Origin: Candidatus Zhuqueibacterota bacterium
Lineage (GTDB): Bacteria; Zhuqueibacterota; Zhuqueibacteria; Thermofontimicrobiales; Thermofontimicrobiaceae
Length of the DNA stretch: 64,000 nt
Assembly (NCBI GenBank): GCA_049322915.1
Contig: JBMOPW010000014.1
Span: 192,001 to 256,000, forward strand
Direction of reading: 5' to 3'
The notes under the pieces are model-generated. The model did not search any database. It was not told the origin of the DNA and saw only the letters and a list, made by a program, of their open reading frames with translations. A program made the position numbers and the translations under genes. Positions 8,997 through 18,919 of this stretch are shown one piece after another. The number at the start of each line of letters is the position of its first letter. The first letter of the stretch is position 1.

Positions 8997-10292
8997 ATGA
9001 GAAGAGAAAACAAGCTCGCCCGCACGTTCATTCTGTTGACATTGGTTTCACTGTTACGAGCATCATCAACGCCAGCACAAACAGAGTTTCAACAGGTTCG
9101 TTCCGGAAGTCCGGCATTTCACGTGGATTTTGTCAATGTCAGTTCTCATGAACCCGGCATGAGTCGATTGAATCTGTACATCAAAACAACGTTCGAAGAA
9201 CTCCAGTTTGTTTTGCGCGAACAGGTTTACAAAGCAAGCTACGAGGTGTCGGCTGTCGTCTATGAGAATGGCGACTATCAGGTCGATGGGAAGATCGATC
9301 AGGAAGAAGCGACGGCTCGGGACTATGAAGAGACCAACTCCCGGCGTTCCTACAGCCTCGCTTATTTGACTTTTGACCTTGCGCCCGGCAAATATAAATT
9401 TTCGATCAGCGTCACTGATCTGGAGACAAAGGCGACGCGGTCGATAAAGAAAGAGTTTGAACTGAGGGAATTCCCGGAGAATCAGTTCGAGATCAGCAAT
9501 CTGGCTCTGGTTCGAAATGTCGAAATAGATTCGATTGGCATCAAATCATTTCACCCTGATGTGGCCAATTTTATTATTGATTTATCCAACATGCTCTATG
9601 TCTATTTTGAAATTTACAGTATGCCGGATACGACTCAAACCTATTCCATATCGTTTTTGATTCGGAATGCCAAACGTAAGAAAATATTTGAAAATAAGTA
9701 CAAGCGGCGCAGCGACGGCCAAAGAACTCTGGAGGCTTTTCAAATACCGACCAATAAATTATCGCAGGGAACCTATTTGATCGAAGTCATCGTGGAAAAT
9801 GGTCGGGATAAAAAGGAAGTGAAAAAGGAGATCATTGTCCGATGGATCAATATGCCAACATCCATCTCAGACATTGATCTGGCGGTGCAACAACTGAAGT
9901 ATATCGCCAATAAAAAGGATTATGATAGAATAAAAAAGTCAGATCGCGGTGATCGGCTGGCTGAATTCCAAAAGTATTGGGAACAGTTTGATCCAACGCC
10001 AGGGACGGCGGCGAACGAAGCAATGGATGAATATTACGCTCGAATCCAGGTGGCCAATGAGCGCTTCACTGGATTTCGCGAGGGCTGGAAGACGGATATG
10101 GGGATGATCTACATCATCTTCGGTCCACCGAACGACATCGAGCGTCATCCGTTTGATAGTGGCTACAAACCATACGAAATTTGGTACTATCATACAATTA
10201 ACAGGGAGTTCACATTCATGGATGAAGCAGGTTTTGGAGAGTACAGATTAATCACAACCGGGTGGGAAAGTTGGCGTGAGTTGATTAAGTAA
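8997..10292 (+). CDS. Exported GWxTD domain-containing protein
   Basis: Signal peptide, Ig-like middle region, and C-terminal 'DPTPGT..NE..EYYARI..ANERF...EGWKTDMGMIYIIFGPP'. Confidence 0.88.
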   Translation: MRRENKLARTFILLTLVSLLRASSTPAQTEFQQVRSGSPAFHVDFVNVSSHEPGMSRLNLYIKTTFEELQFVLREQVYKASYEVSAVVYENGDYQVDGKIDQEEATARDYEETNSRRSYSLAYLTFDLAPGKYKFSISVTDLETKATRSIKKEFELREFPENQFEISNLALVRNVEIDSIGIKSFHPDVANFIIDLSNMLYVYFEIYSMPDTTQTYSISFLIRNAKRKKIFENKYKRRSDGQRTLEAFQIPTNKLSQGTYLIEVIVENGRDKKEVKKEIIVRWINMPTSISDIDLAVQQLKYIANKKDYDRIKKSDRGDRLAEFQKYWEQFDPTPGTAANEAMDEYYARIQVANERFTGFREGWKTDMGMIYIIFGPPNDIERHPFDSGYKPYEIWYYHTINREFTFMDEAGFGEYRLITTGWESWRELIK

Positions 10293-10363
10293 TTCGTCAT
10301 CAAACATGCTCCATCGAAATGCGATATTAACCGGAAAAAAGTTCTTGTAACGAAAGGGAAAAA

Positions 10364-11338
10364 ATGGAACAAAAGCGCACTGATTTCTGTTTGAAATCCC
10401 TTCGCATCAATGATGAAGCAACAATTGGGGTTGTCTCGCCAGCAAGCCGTCCTATGGACGATGAGAAATTTCAGCAGGGGATAATTTATCTTAAAACCTT
10501 AGGTCATACTGTCATTCAGGCTCCTCACGCGAGCGATCGGCGGGGCTATCTGGCCGGCACCGATGAGTCGCGCGCCGACGATTTGAATGCTATGTTCCGC
10601 GACCCTCAGATCGATGCCATTTTTTGTTCGCGGGGCGGATATGGCACGCCGCGCATCATTGAAAAGATTGACTATGAAGCCATCAGACAAAATCCGAAAA
10701 TCTTTGTGGGCTATAGCGATATCACCACGTTGTCGCTGGCAATCTGGCAGCAGACCGGACTGATCACTTTTTCCGGGCCGATGGTCGCTGTGGAAATGGC
10801 CAATCAGATTCATGAGTTCACGGCTGGCAATTTCTGGAAAATGATCTCGTCGCCAACCCCGGCAGGATTATTGGCCAACCCGAACGACGTGACGCTGAAG
10901 GTGTTTCATCCGGGCGAGGCTCGCGGACGATTGTTGGGTGGGTGTCTCTCGCTGATCAATGTGTTACTTGGAACGCCGTATTGCCCGGATTTTAGCGGCG
11001 CCATCTTTTTCATCGAGGATATTGAGGAGGAGCCGTATCGTATCGATCGGTACCTCGCCCAACTGAACATGGCCGGAATTCTGGATAGCCTTGCCGGCGT
11101 TGTTTTGGGACAGTTCATCGATTGCGAACAGAAGGACAGAACAAAACCCACGTTGGAATTGGATGAAATTTTTCATGACTATTTCGATCGGCTGAAAATC
11201 CCGGTGATTCAGAATTTTGCCTATGGCCATGGCCCTGTGAAATTCACGCTGCCGGTGGGGGCGCAGGCCTATTTGAATACAAACGAAGGCGGGCTTTTCA
11301 TCACGGAAAGCGCTGTTTCCGATAATCGAAATGCGTAG
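10364..11338 (+). CDS. Muramoyltetrapeptide LD-carboxypeptidase (peptidase S66)
   Basis: SRGGYG, GYSDIT (catalytic Ser), EDIEE, YGH. Confidence 0.9.
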   Translation: MEQKRTDFCLKSLRINDEATIGVVSPASRPMDDEKFQQGIIYLKTLGHTVIQAPHASDRRGYLAGTDESRADDLNAMFRDPQIDAIFCSRGGYGTPRIIEKIDYEAIRQNPKIFVGYSDITTLSLAIWQQTGLITFSGPMVAVEMANQIHEFTAGNFWKMISSPTPAGLLANPNDVTLKVFHPGEARGRLLGGCLSLINVLLGTPYCPDFSGAIFFIEDIEEEPYRIDRYLAQLNMAGILDSLAGVVLGQFIDCEQKDRTKPTLELDEIFHDYFDRLKIPVIQNFAYGHGPVKFTLPVGAQAYLNTNEGGLFITESAVSDNRNA

Positions 11339-11347
11339 AGAAGAGCT

Positions 11348-11971
11348 ATGGAAAAACTTCAATTGGGAGTGTTGGCTTCCGGCCGTGGTTCCAATTTCGA
11401 AGCGATAGTCAAACAGATCAAGCGGAGGAAATTGGATGCTGAGGTTCGGGCCGTCATCAGCAATATTGCCACCGCCGGAGTGCTGGAAATAGCGCGGAAG
11501 AACAATATCCCGGCGTTTCACGTTTCAAAAAAACAGTTTCCGGAACAGGAGCATTTTGATGCCGAGCTCCTGAAAATTCTTCTCGACCATCAGGTGAACT
11601 TTGTGGTGCTGGCCGGATATTTGAAAATGCTGAGTCCGATCATTGTGAGGCAGTTTAAAAATCGAATATTGAATATTCACCCGGCGCTGTTGCCGTCATT
11701 TGGTGGTCATGGGATGTATGGCCATCATGTGCATCAGGCGGTGCTGGATTATGGCTGCAAGGTGAGCGGGGTGACGGTGCATCTGGTGGACGAAGCCTAT
11801 GACACAGGCGCGCCGGTGATGCAGCGCTGCGTTCCGGTGCATGAAGGGGATACGGCGGAAACCCTGGCTTCCCGCGTGTTGAAAGTTGAACATCAAATTT
11901 ATTCCGAAGCGCTCCAACTGTTCGCCGAGGGCCGGGTTGAAATTAACGGACGCTGCGTAAAAATCAAGTGA
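11348..11971 (+). CDS. purN: Phosphoribosylglycinamide formyltransferase
   Basis: ASGRGSN, LNIHPALLPSFGG, SGVTVHLV..YDTG. Confidence 0.96.
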   Translation: MEKLQLGVLASGRGSNFEAIVKQIKRRKLDAEVRAVISNIATAGVLEIARKNNIPAFHVSKKQFPEQEHFDAELLKILLDHQVNFVVLAGYLKMLSPIIVRQFKNRILNIHPALLPSFGGHGMYGHHVHQAVLDYGCKVSGVTVHLVDEAYDTGAPVMQRCVPVHEGDTAETLASRVLKVEHQIYSEALQLFAEGRVEINGRCVKIK

Positions 11972-12012
11972 CGGAGTTGCCGGACATCATAATATAACGG
12001 AGACAGGTGACT

Positions 12013-12651
12013 ATGAGCAGAGCGATGAGACGCGTTTGGCTGGGGATGAGTATCCTTTTGATGCTCACCGGGATGCTGTTTTCTCAGGATACGGCAGATC
12101 TTGTGAACCTCGCCGCCATGGATTCGACGATTATCATTGATTTGAAATACGCCACCGCCGATAATTTCTTTGGCGATACGTTGTATTCGGCCAATATTTG
12201 TCTGCTGCGCCGCGCTGTCGCCGAAAGGCTGATTGAAGTTCAGCGCGATTTGCGCGAGCAGGGATATGGCTTGAAAGTGTGGGACGGCTATCGGCCGCTC
12301 TCGGTTCAGAAAAAAATGTGGGAGAAAGTGCCCAATGATAATTATGTGGCCGACCCGAAGACCGGATCGAATCACAATCGGGCGGCAGCCGTGGATGTGA
12401 CGATTGTGGATCTCGAAGGCAACGAGCTGGAAATGCCGACGCGATTTGATGATTTCTCCGAAAAAGCTGGCAGCGCCTATCCCATCGTGAGCGAGCAGGC
12501 ATTGAAGCATCGGACGATTTTACAGGAGGCCATGTGTCGGCATGGCTTTGAAACCATCACGTCGGAATGGTGGCATTTCAACGATAAGGATAGACGCTTG
12601 TATTCGGTGCTCGATGTTCCATTGGACCAACTGATGAATCAGAAGAAATAA
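12013..12651 (+). CDS. Exported D-alanyl-D-alanine dipeptidase (VanX/DdpX, peptidase M15D)
   Basis: Signal peptide; YATADNF, DGYRP, SNHNRAAAVD, EWWHF. Confidence 0.9.
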   Translation: MSRAMRRVWLGMSILLMLTGMLFSQDTADLVNLAAMDSTIIIDLKYATADNFFGDTLYSANICLLRRAVAERLIEVQRDLREQGYGLKVWDGYRPLSVQKKMWEKVPNDNYVADPKTGSNHNRAAAVDVTIVDLEGNELEMPTRFDDFSEKAGSAYPIVSEQALKHRTILQEAMCRHGFETITSEWWHFNDKDRRLYSVLDVPLDQLMNQKK

Positions 12652-12845
12652 CAGGGCAACGCGGAGTTTCGTCGCAGCGGTCTGAAGCCCTGAATTGCTC
12701 GCGCTGTTGAGTCAGGTATGGTGCGATGGAGAATTGATGGGAATTATCCCCTCTCAGCCAGATCGTTTGGAAGTACGATATTCGCAGAGTCATCGTTAAA
12801 AATGCTGCGATGGATCAGAGAATAGAATTTTGATAAAGGAAAGAT

Positions 12846-14402
12846 ATGGAAAAAATGAAGCGAGTTTTGATCAGTGTCTATGACAAGCAAGGCATTGTGG
12901 AATTTGCCCGGTTCCTGAAGCAATTCGATATGGATATAATTTCCACCGGTGGCACTTCGAAGCTGCTGAAACAAAATGGTATTCCCTGTCTTTCAGTGTC
13001 TGAGATTACCGGAGCGCCGGAGATGCTGGATGGGCGCGTCAAAACGCTGCATCCCAAAATTCATGGTGCAATTCTTGCCAAGCGCGACAACAAAGATCAT
13101 ATGGCCCAGTTGAAAGAGCACGGAATGGCGCTCATCGATATGGTGGTCATCAATCTTTATCCCTTCGAAAGCGTTGTCAGCAAACCGAATGTCGAATTGA
13201 GTGAGGCTCTGGAAAATATCGATATCGGCGGGCCGACCATGGTTCGGGCCGCTGCCAAGAATTTCAAATCGGTGGCTGTGGTGATTTCGCCTTCGCAGTA
13301 CCAGGCGGTGATGGATCATATGTCCCAGCATAGCGGGGAGTTGAGCGATGCCCTGCGGAAGACTCTGGCCATTGAAGCATTCCGACTGACGCACCTGTAT
13401 GATGGCGCGATAACGCGCTACCTGCAAAGTCTGGAGAGCGGCGCGGCCTATCCGAAAAACATCGTGCTGAGTTTTGAGAAAATACAGGACCTGCGTTACG
13501 GAGAGAATCCCCACCAGTCCGCGGCGTTTTATCGGGAGCTTGGCTCGAATTCGAGCGGCATTACCAATTTGGAGCAACTGCACGGAAAGGAGCTATCCTA
13601 TAACAACATCATGGATCTGGATGCAGTTGTGAAAATGGTGCATACTTTCGGGGAGCCTTGCTCGGTGATTGTCAAGCACAGCAACCCGTGCGGCGTGGCG
13701 ATTGGGGAGAATATCTGCTCCGCTTTTGAAAAGGCGTTTGCCACGGATTCGGTCTCGGCGTTCGGAGGCATTTTTGGGTTTAACCGTCCGGTGGATTTGA
13801 AGACAGCGGAATTGCTAAAAGATATTTTTATTGAAGTGATCGTGGCGCCGGCGTATGAACCGGATGCCCTTCAGGTTTTGTCGAAGAAGAAAAACGTGAG
13901 ATTGTTGAAATTAGAGTTGGGACAGACGCTGCCCAAAGAAAATAATTATCGCAAAGTAGCCGGGGGATTGTTAATTCAGAGTGAAGATATTAAAAGCATT
14001 GACGATATAGAATTTAAAGTTGTCTCGAACCGGCAACCCACACCCGATGAATGGGCTGCGCTGAAATTTGGCTGGCGCGTTGTGAAATGGGTGAAGTCCA
14101 ACGCAGTCATTTTCTGTCGAAGCGACCGAACGATAGGCATTGGCGCCGGCCAGATGTCCCGAGTCGATTCCTCCCGATTTGCTGTGGATAAAGCCAGTCG
14201 GGCTAATCTGGACTTGACCAGCACTGCAGTCGCATCGGATGCATTTTTCCCATTTCGCGATGGCGTGGATGCGGCGGCGGAAGCAGGCGCCACAGCGGTG
14301 ATTCAGCCCGGCGGTTCTGTGCGGGATGACGAAGTGATACAGGCTGCGAATGAATTGAACCTGGCGATGGTATTTACCGGGGTTCGGCATTTCAGACATT
14401 AA
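12846..14402 (+). CDS. purH: Bifunctional AICAR formyltransferase/IMP cyclohydrolase
   Basis: GRVKTLHP, ENIDIGGPTMVRAAAKN, LRYGENPHQ, SDAFFPF, terminal RHFRH. Confidence 0.97.
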   Translation: MEKMKRVLISVYDKQGIVEFARFLKQFDMDIISTGGTSKLLKQNGIPCLSVSEITGAPEMLDGRVKTLHPKIHGAILAKRDNKDHMAQLKEHGMALIDMVVINLYPFESVVSKPNVELSEALENIDIGGPTMVRAAAKNFKSVAVVISPSQYQAVMDHMSQHSGELSDALRKTLAIEAFRLTHLYDGAITRYLQSLESGAAYPKNIVLSFEKIQDLRYGENPHQSAAFYRELGSNSSGITNLEQLHGKELSYNNIMDLDAVVKMVHTFGEPCSVIVKHSNPCGVAIGENICSAFEKAFATDSVSAFGGIFGFNRPVDLKTAELLKDIFIEVIVAPAYEPDALQVLSKKKNVRLLKLELGQTLPKENNYRKVAGGLLIQSEDIKSIDDIEFKVVSNRQPTPDEWAALKFGWRVVKWVKSNAVIFCRSDRTIGIGAGQMSRVDSSRFAVDKASRANLDLTSTAVASDAFFPFRDGVDAAAEAGATAVIQPGGSVRDDEVIQAANELNLAMVFTGVRHFRH

Positions 14403-14441
14403 ATGGATTAATTTTTTAGAGGTTTCTTCAGAGGAGCGGTT

Positions 14442-15485
14442 ATGGCACTAGCAATTTTTTCATCATTTTTCTCAAGTGATCTCGCGATAGACTTAGGAAC
14501 CGCAAACACACTTGTCTATTTAAGAGGGAAGGGGATTGTTGTTAATGAACCATCCGTTGTGGCAGTTAAAAAATCCAATCAGGACATTGTCGCCTATGGC
14601 ATAGCAGCGAAGGAAATGGTGGGTCGCACGCCGGGCGAAATAATTACGGTGCGTCCGCTGAAAGACGGCGTCATCGCTGATTTTGAATTGGCCGAACGCA
14701 TGATCCGGTACTTCATTCGGAAGGTCAAAGTGAACAGGTTGGTTCGACCGAGAATTGCCATCGCTATCCCATCCGGGATAACCGATGTGGAAAAACGGGC
14801 TGTGCGCGATGCAGCGGAACATGTTGGCGCGCGCGAAGTATATCTTGTTGACGAACCCATGGCGGCAGCGATTGGCGTAGGACTCCCGATCAATGAGCCG
14901 GTTGGCAGCATGGTGATCGACATTGGCGGCGGCACAACGGAAATAGCGGTGATCGCGCTCTCCGGCATTGTGAACGACACATCCATCCGCGTGGCCGGCG
15001 ATGAAATGACCGATTCGATCGTGCAATATTTTAAACGAAAATATAACCTGCTGATTGGCGAAAACACAGCGGAGCTGATCAAATGTACCATTGGATCAGC
15101 GGCGCCCTATGATGAGAAAGCCTCTCTGACGGTCAAAGGTCGCGACCTGGTCGCCGGCATTCCCAAAACTGTGGAAATCAATGCCGAGGAAGTTCAGGAA
15201 GCGCTCACCGAACCGGTGAATACCATCGTCGAAGCAGTGAAATTGTGCCTGGAACAGACTCCCCCGGAACTGTCCGCGGATATTTTGGATCGCGGTATCA
15301 TTCTCACCGGCGGCGGTTCGCTGCTGAAAGGTCTGGATGAGAGACTGCGCCGCGAGACCAATCTGCCCATCGTTTTGACCGATGATCCCCTGACGTGCGT
15401 GGTGAGAGGTACCGGCAAAGTACTTGATGATCTGGAAAACTATCAAAAAGTACTGACAAAGACAAAGCGCGAATACATCATGTAA
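14442..15485 (+). CDS. mreB: Rod shape-determining actin-like protein MreB
   Basis: DLGTANT, EPSVVA, RPLKDGVIADF, DIGGGTTE. Confidence 0.97.
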   Translation: MALAIFSSFFSSDLAIDLGTANTLVYLRGKGIVVNEPSVVAVKKSNQDIVAYGIAAKEMVGRTPGEIITVRPLKDGVIADFELAERMIRYFIRKVKVNRLVRPRIAIAIPSGITDVEKRAVRDAAEHVGAREVYLVDEPMAAAIGVGLPINEPVGSMVIDIGGGTTEIAVIALSGIVNDTSIRVAGDEMTDSIVQYFKRKYNLLIGENTAELIKCTIGSAAPYDEKASLTVKGRDLVAGIPKTVEINAEEVQEALTEPVNTIVEAVKLCLEQTPPELSADILDRGIILTGGGSLLKGLDERLRRETNLPIVLTDDPLTCVVRGTGKVLDDLENYQKVLTKTKREYIM

Positions 15486-15598
15486 TTGCCGGCCGGGATG
15501 CGGTTGATTTTCTGTAAAAACACACGTGCTGGACACTCTTGTGTAAAGATATGGTGATCCAGCATTTCATTATCGGACACTAATGCGTAAGCGTTTCG

Positions 15599-16408
15599 AT
15601 GAAAATAAAGCGAAGTTTTATTTCGTACAAAGATTTTATCACGCTGGCCATTGTTATTCTGTTTTCGTTGATACTCATCTCTTCCAATCAAAATCGGCAG
15701 ATCGAGCATTTCAAAATGTGGATGGTGGGCATGATCAGCGGCATGCAGAAAGCCTGGGCGGGCATTGAAAGTTATTTCAACGTGCGCGATGAGAACGTGG
15801 AATTGCGTATGGAAAATACCATGCTGTCTTTGCAAAATAGCGCCATGCATGAAATACAACTGGAAAATGAGCGGCTGCGCGATTTGATTGGCTTTAAAAC
15901 CGGGACTGAGCATCGGCTCATAGCCGCTCGCGTCATTGGCAGAGAAACGCGCGGCTATATCAACGACGTCATTCTCGATATTGGTTCAAAAGATAGTGTG
16001 AAAAAGAATATGCCGCTTGTCGTTGCGAGCGGGCTGGCGGGAAAGATCTATCAGGTCGGCGAAAGTCGTTCCATCGGACATTTGTTGTTGGATCAAAATT
16101 TTCGGGTCAGCGCCAAGATTCAACGGAGCCGTGTCCGAGGCATTATCAGTTGGCAGGGAGGGGACTATTGCCGGCTCAATAATGTGCCAAAACGGTCGGA
16201 TATTACCATTGGCGACTGGGTTGTCACATCGGGGTATGGCGGGATTTTTCCGGCAGGGTTGAGAATTGGCCAGGTCATAAATATCAAAGATTCGCCCCGG
16301 GAGATTTTTTCAAGCATTCTGGTCAAGCCAGCCGTAGATTTTGAAAAGCTGGAGGAGTTGTTCGTCATTCTCGATTTGCCTCAGAAACTGGAAGAAGGCC
16401 TGGAATGA
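15599..16408 (+). CDS. mreC: Rod shape-determining protein MreC
   Basis: N-terminal TM, coiled coil ENERLRDL, VVTSGYGGIFPAGLRIG; follows mreB. Confidence 0.93.
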   Translation: MKIKRSFISYKDFITLAIVILFSLILISSNQNRQIEHFKMWMVGMISGMQKAWAGIESYFNVRDENVELRMENTMLSLQNSAMHEIQLENERLRDLIGFKTGTEHRLIAARVIGRETRGYINDVILDIGSKDSVKKNMPLVVASGLAGKIYQVGESRSIGHLLLDQNFRVSAKIQRSRVRGIISWQGGDYCRLNNVPKRSDITIGDWVVTSGYGGIFPAGLRIGQVINIKDSPREIFSSILVKPAVDFEKLEELFVILDLPQKLEEGLE

Positions 16409-16594
16409 CCGTGTCCCATCGCGTAGAATTTATGCAACAAAATATGGATTGATGCCGCGAAAGCAAAATTCAACTGGCAGAGATCCTCAATCGAAATTAA
16501 CCCATTTGGTGTTCGATCAGCCGGATGTAAAATAAAAGTCACTTGTTTCTCGAAATAATCTACCCAGAACGCAGTTCATTCGACAACTACTTCA

Positions 16595-17086
16595 ATGCGG
16601 TTAGCTAAATACATTATCATCTATTTCTTATTGTTGTTTGCAGAAAAGAACCTGCTGTATCTGTTTTCCATCAGGCATATCACGCCGGATCTCATTCTAA
16701 TCTTCATCATCATTTTGAGCCTGAATGAGAAGCGAATGCAGATGATAATCTTCGCATTTTTTGCCGGGCTCATTCAGGATTCATTCATCTCGGGATTCTT
16801 TGGATTGTCCGCGTTGACAAAATCGATCGTTGCATTTTTTGGTATTTACTTTCAACAGCCCAAGCGGAAATACAACCTGGCCTATTTCATTTTCACATTT
16901 GTTGTGCTGGTTTCAATCCATGAATTGGTGTACCAGTTCATTTATGCGCTGGGAAGCCATTGGGGATTCTTCCGATTGGTATTGTATTACATGATTCCGC
17001 GAACGCTCTATACAGTCGTTTTTGCCGTATTAGCCTATTTGCTCTTTCGAACGATGCTCTGGAATACCGATCGCGTGGCAGAGTAA
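16595..17086 (+). CDS. mreD: Rod shape-determining protein MreD
   Basis: 163-aa hydrophobic protein with PDLILI and AGLIQD motifs, between mreC and mrdA. Confidence 0.88.
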   Translation: MRLAKYIIIYFLLLFAEKNLLYLFSIRHITPDLILIFIIILSLNEKRMQMIIFAFFAGLIQDSFISGFFGLSALTKSIVAFFGIYFQQPKRKYNLAYFIFTFVVLVSIHELVYQFIYALGSHWGFFRLVLYYMIPRTLYTVVFAVLAYLLFRTMLWNTDRVAE

Positions 17087-17131
17087 CATTCACATTGCAT
17101 CTGGTCTGGTTTCAAAATAATCTTAATTGCC

Positions 17132-18919
17132 ATGGCCCTAAACAGTTCAATTCAACGGAAAGATGTCCAATTCTCGGTACTGGTGATTGTACTATTCGTC
17201 ATCCTGATTGTTCGGTTTTTTTATTTGCAAATTTATAAACAGGAGCAATATTTCACCGCTTCTGAAAAAAACCGGATTCGGGAGAGGGTGCACGAAGCGG
17301 CCCGAGGCATCATCATTGATAGAAATGGCGAGATTCTGGTCGACAATCATCCATCCTATTCTGTGTACGCCATCCCGATTGAAGTCAAAGAATCAGAGAA
17401 TATCTTGAAGCTGACCGGCGAAATTCTGGATATGAAGCCGGCCGAAATCAAGCGGACGATTCAAAAAAAGAAGACCGGCTATTTCACCCCGATTAAACTG
17501 AAGCGCCAGGTCGACTTTGAAACCCTGTCGCGAATTGAAGAGCGCCGGATGGATTTGCCTGGAATCCTGTACATGACTGAACCGAGGCGATATTATCCTT
17601 CAGGCGTGAGAGCACCGCATCTGTTCGGTTATCTTGGGGAAATAACCCAGGAGGAAATGGAACTGGAAGAAAATAAGGGGATGCACTTAGGAAGCATTAT
17701 CGGGAAGAAAGGCCTGGAAAAAGTATATGAGAAAGAATTGCGGGGATTCCAGGGGTATGAATATATTGAGGTCGATGCGCTGGGTCGGGAAGTCCGAAAA
17801 CTGAAGGATAAACCAGAAATTCAATCCCAGCCTGGAAAGAATCTTCACCTCACTCTGGATGCAATACTGCAGCGCGCTCTGGAAGCCAGAATGGATTCGC
17901 TGCGCGGTGGCGCAGTTGTTGTGGATTGTAAAACCGGCGGCGTGCTGGCGTTGGTGAGCAAGCCGGATTATGACCCTGAAATTTTTACAAAGCCCATCTC
18001 ACCTGAAATTTGGAACGAATTAGTTAATAATCCGTCGAAGCCGCTCTATGATAGAATGGTGCAAAGCCTGTTTCCGCCAGGTTCGACGTACAAACCGGTG
18101 TTAGCGGCTGCAGCGCTTGAGCACAATATTATCGAGCCCAGTTGGCGAGCCTATTGCGGCGGATTTTTGAACCTGGGACGAAGGAACTATGACTGCTGGA
18201 AACCCGGGGGGCATGGCGAATTGGACTTATTGGGCGCCATTGAACAGTCGTGCAATGTTTATTTTTATAAGCTGGAGTTGAAGGTTGGACTGGATAAATG
18301 GGCAGAGTATTCGCGGAATTTTTTATTTGGTGAGTTGACCGGCATTGATTTGATCGCGGAAAAGGCCGGCGTTGTGCCGGATCAGGAATATCTCGACCGC
18401 CAATTTGGAAAGAATAAATGGTCCAAAGGGCTCATTTTAAACCTGGCCATTGGACAGGGTGACCTGCTGGTGACGCCGCTTCAGATGGCGCGTTTTGCCA
18501 TGATATTAGCCAACAAGGGGGTTTCACACCGATTGCACCTGGTCGAGTACCTTGAAGATCCCATCGATGGGACGCGCAAGTTGACACAGATCGATTCAGT
18601 GCGAATCAACGGCGTATCGCAGGAGACTTTCGAAGTGTTGAAGCAGGGCATGTTTCGGGTGGTGCACGGCGTTCATGGGACAGCAAAAAGCGCTGCCTAT
18701 CTCGATATCAAAGTGGCAGGTAAAACCGGGACAGCGCAGAATCCGCATGGCGACCCTCATGCCTGGTTCATTGGTTACGCTCCGGTGGATAATCCCCAAA
18801 TCGCCATATGCGTTCTTATCGAGAATGGCGGAGGTGGTGGTGCAGTCGCCGCGCCTATAGCCAGAGAAGTCATAAAAAATTATTTCTATCGAAATCAAAA
18901 TAGTTATGCTCAGTTTTAA
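17132..18919 (+). CDS. mrdA: Penicillin-binding protein 2 (class B)
   Basis: RGIIIDRNG, PGSTYK (SxxK), QSCN (SxN), KTGTAQ, HAWF. Confidence 0.95.
   Translation: MALNSSIQRKDVQFSVLVIVLFVILIVRFFYLQIYKQEQYFTASEKNRIRERVHEAARGIIIDRNGEILVDNHPSYSVYAIPIEVKESENILKLTGEILDMKPAEIKRTIQKKKTGYFTPIKLKRQVDFETLSRIEERRMDLPGILYMTEPRRYYPSGVRAPHLFGYLGEITQEEMELEENKGMHLGSIIGKKGLEKVYEKELRGFQGYEYIEVDALGREVRKLKDKPEIQSQPGKNLHLTLDAILQRALEARMDSLRGGAVVVDCKTGGVLALVSKPDYDPEIFTKPISPEIWNELVNNPSKPLYDRMVQSLFPPGSTYKPVLAAAALEHNIIEPSWRAYCGGFLNLGRRNYDCWKPGGHGELDLLGAIEQSCNVYFYKLELKVGLDKWAEYSRNFLFGELTGIDLIAEKAGVVPDQEYLDRQFGKNKWSKGLILNLAIGQGDLLVTPLQMARFAMILANKGVSHRLHLVEYLEDPIDGTRKLTQIDSVRINGVSQETFEVLKQGMFRVVHGVHGTAKSAAYLDIKVAGKTGTAQNPHGDPHAWFIGYAPVDNPQIAICVLIENGGGGGAVAAPIAREVIKNYFYRNQNSYAQF

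Noticed and set aside
12652..12845. Possible ZTP (pfl) riboswitch upstream of purH
   Set aside because: Only a short CAGGGC/GCCCTG pairing is present; the conserved ZTP aptamer sequences were not recognisable.
16409..16594. 186-bp gap between mreC and mreD with short ORFs
   Set aside because: No RBS-supported ORF, repeat or stable structure was recognised.
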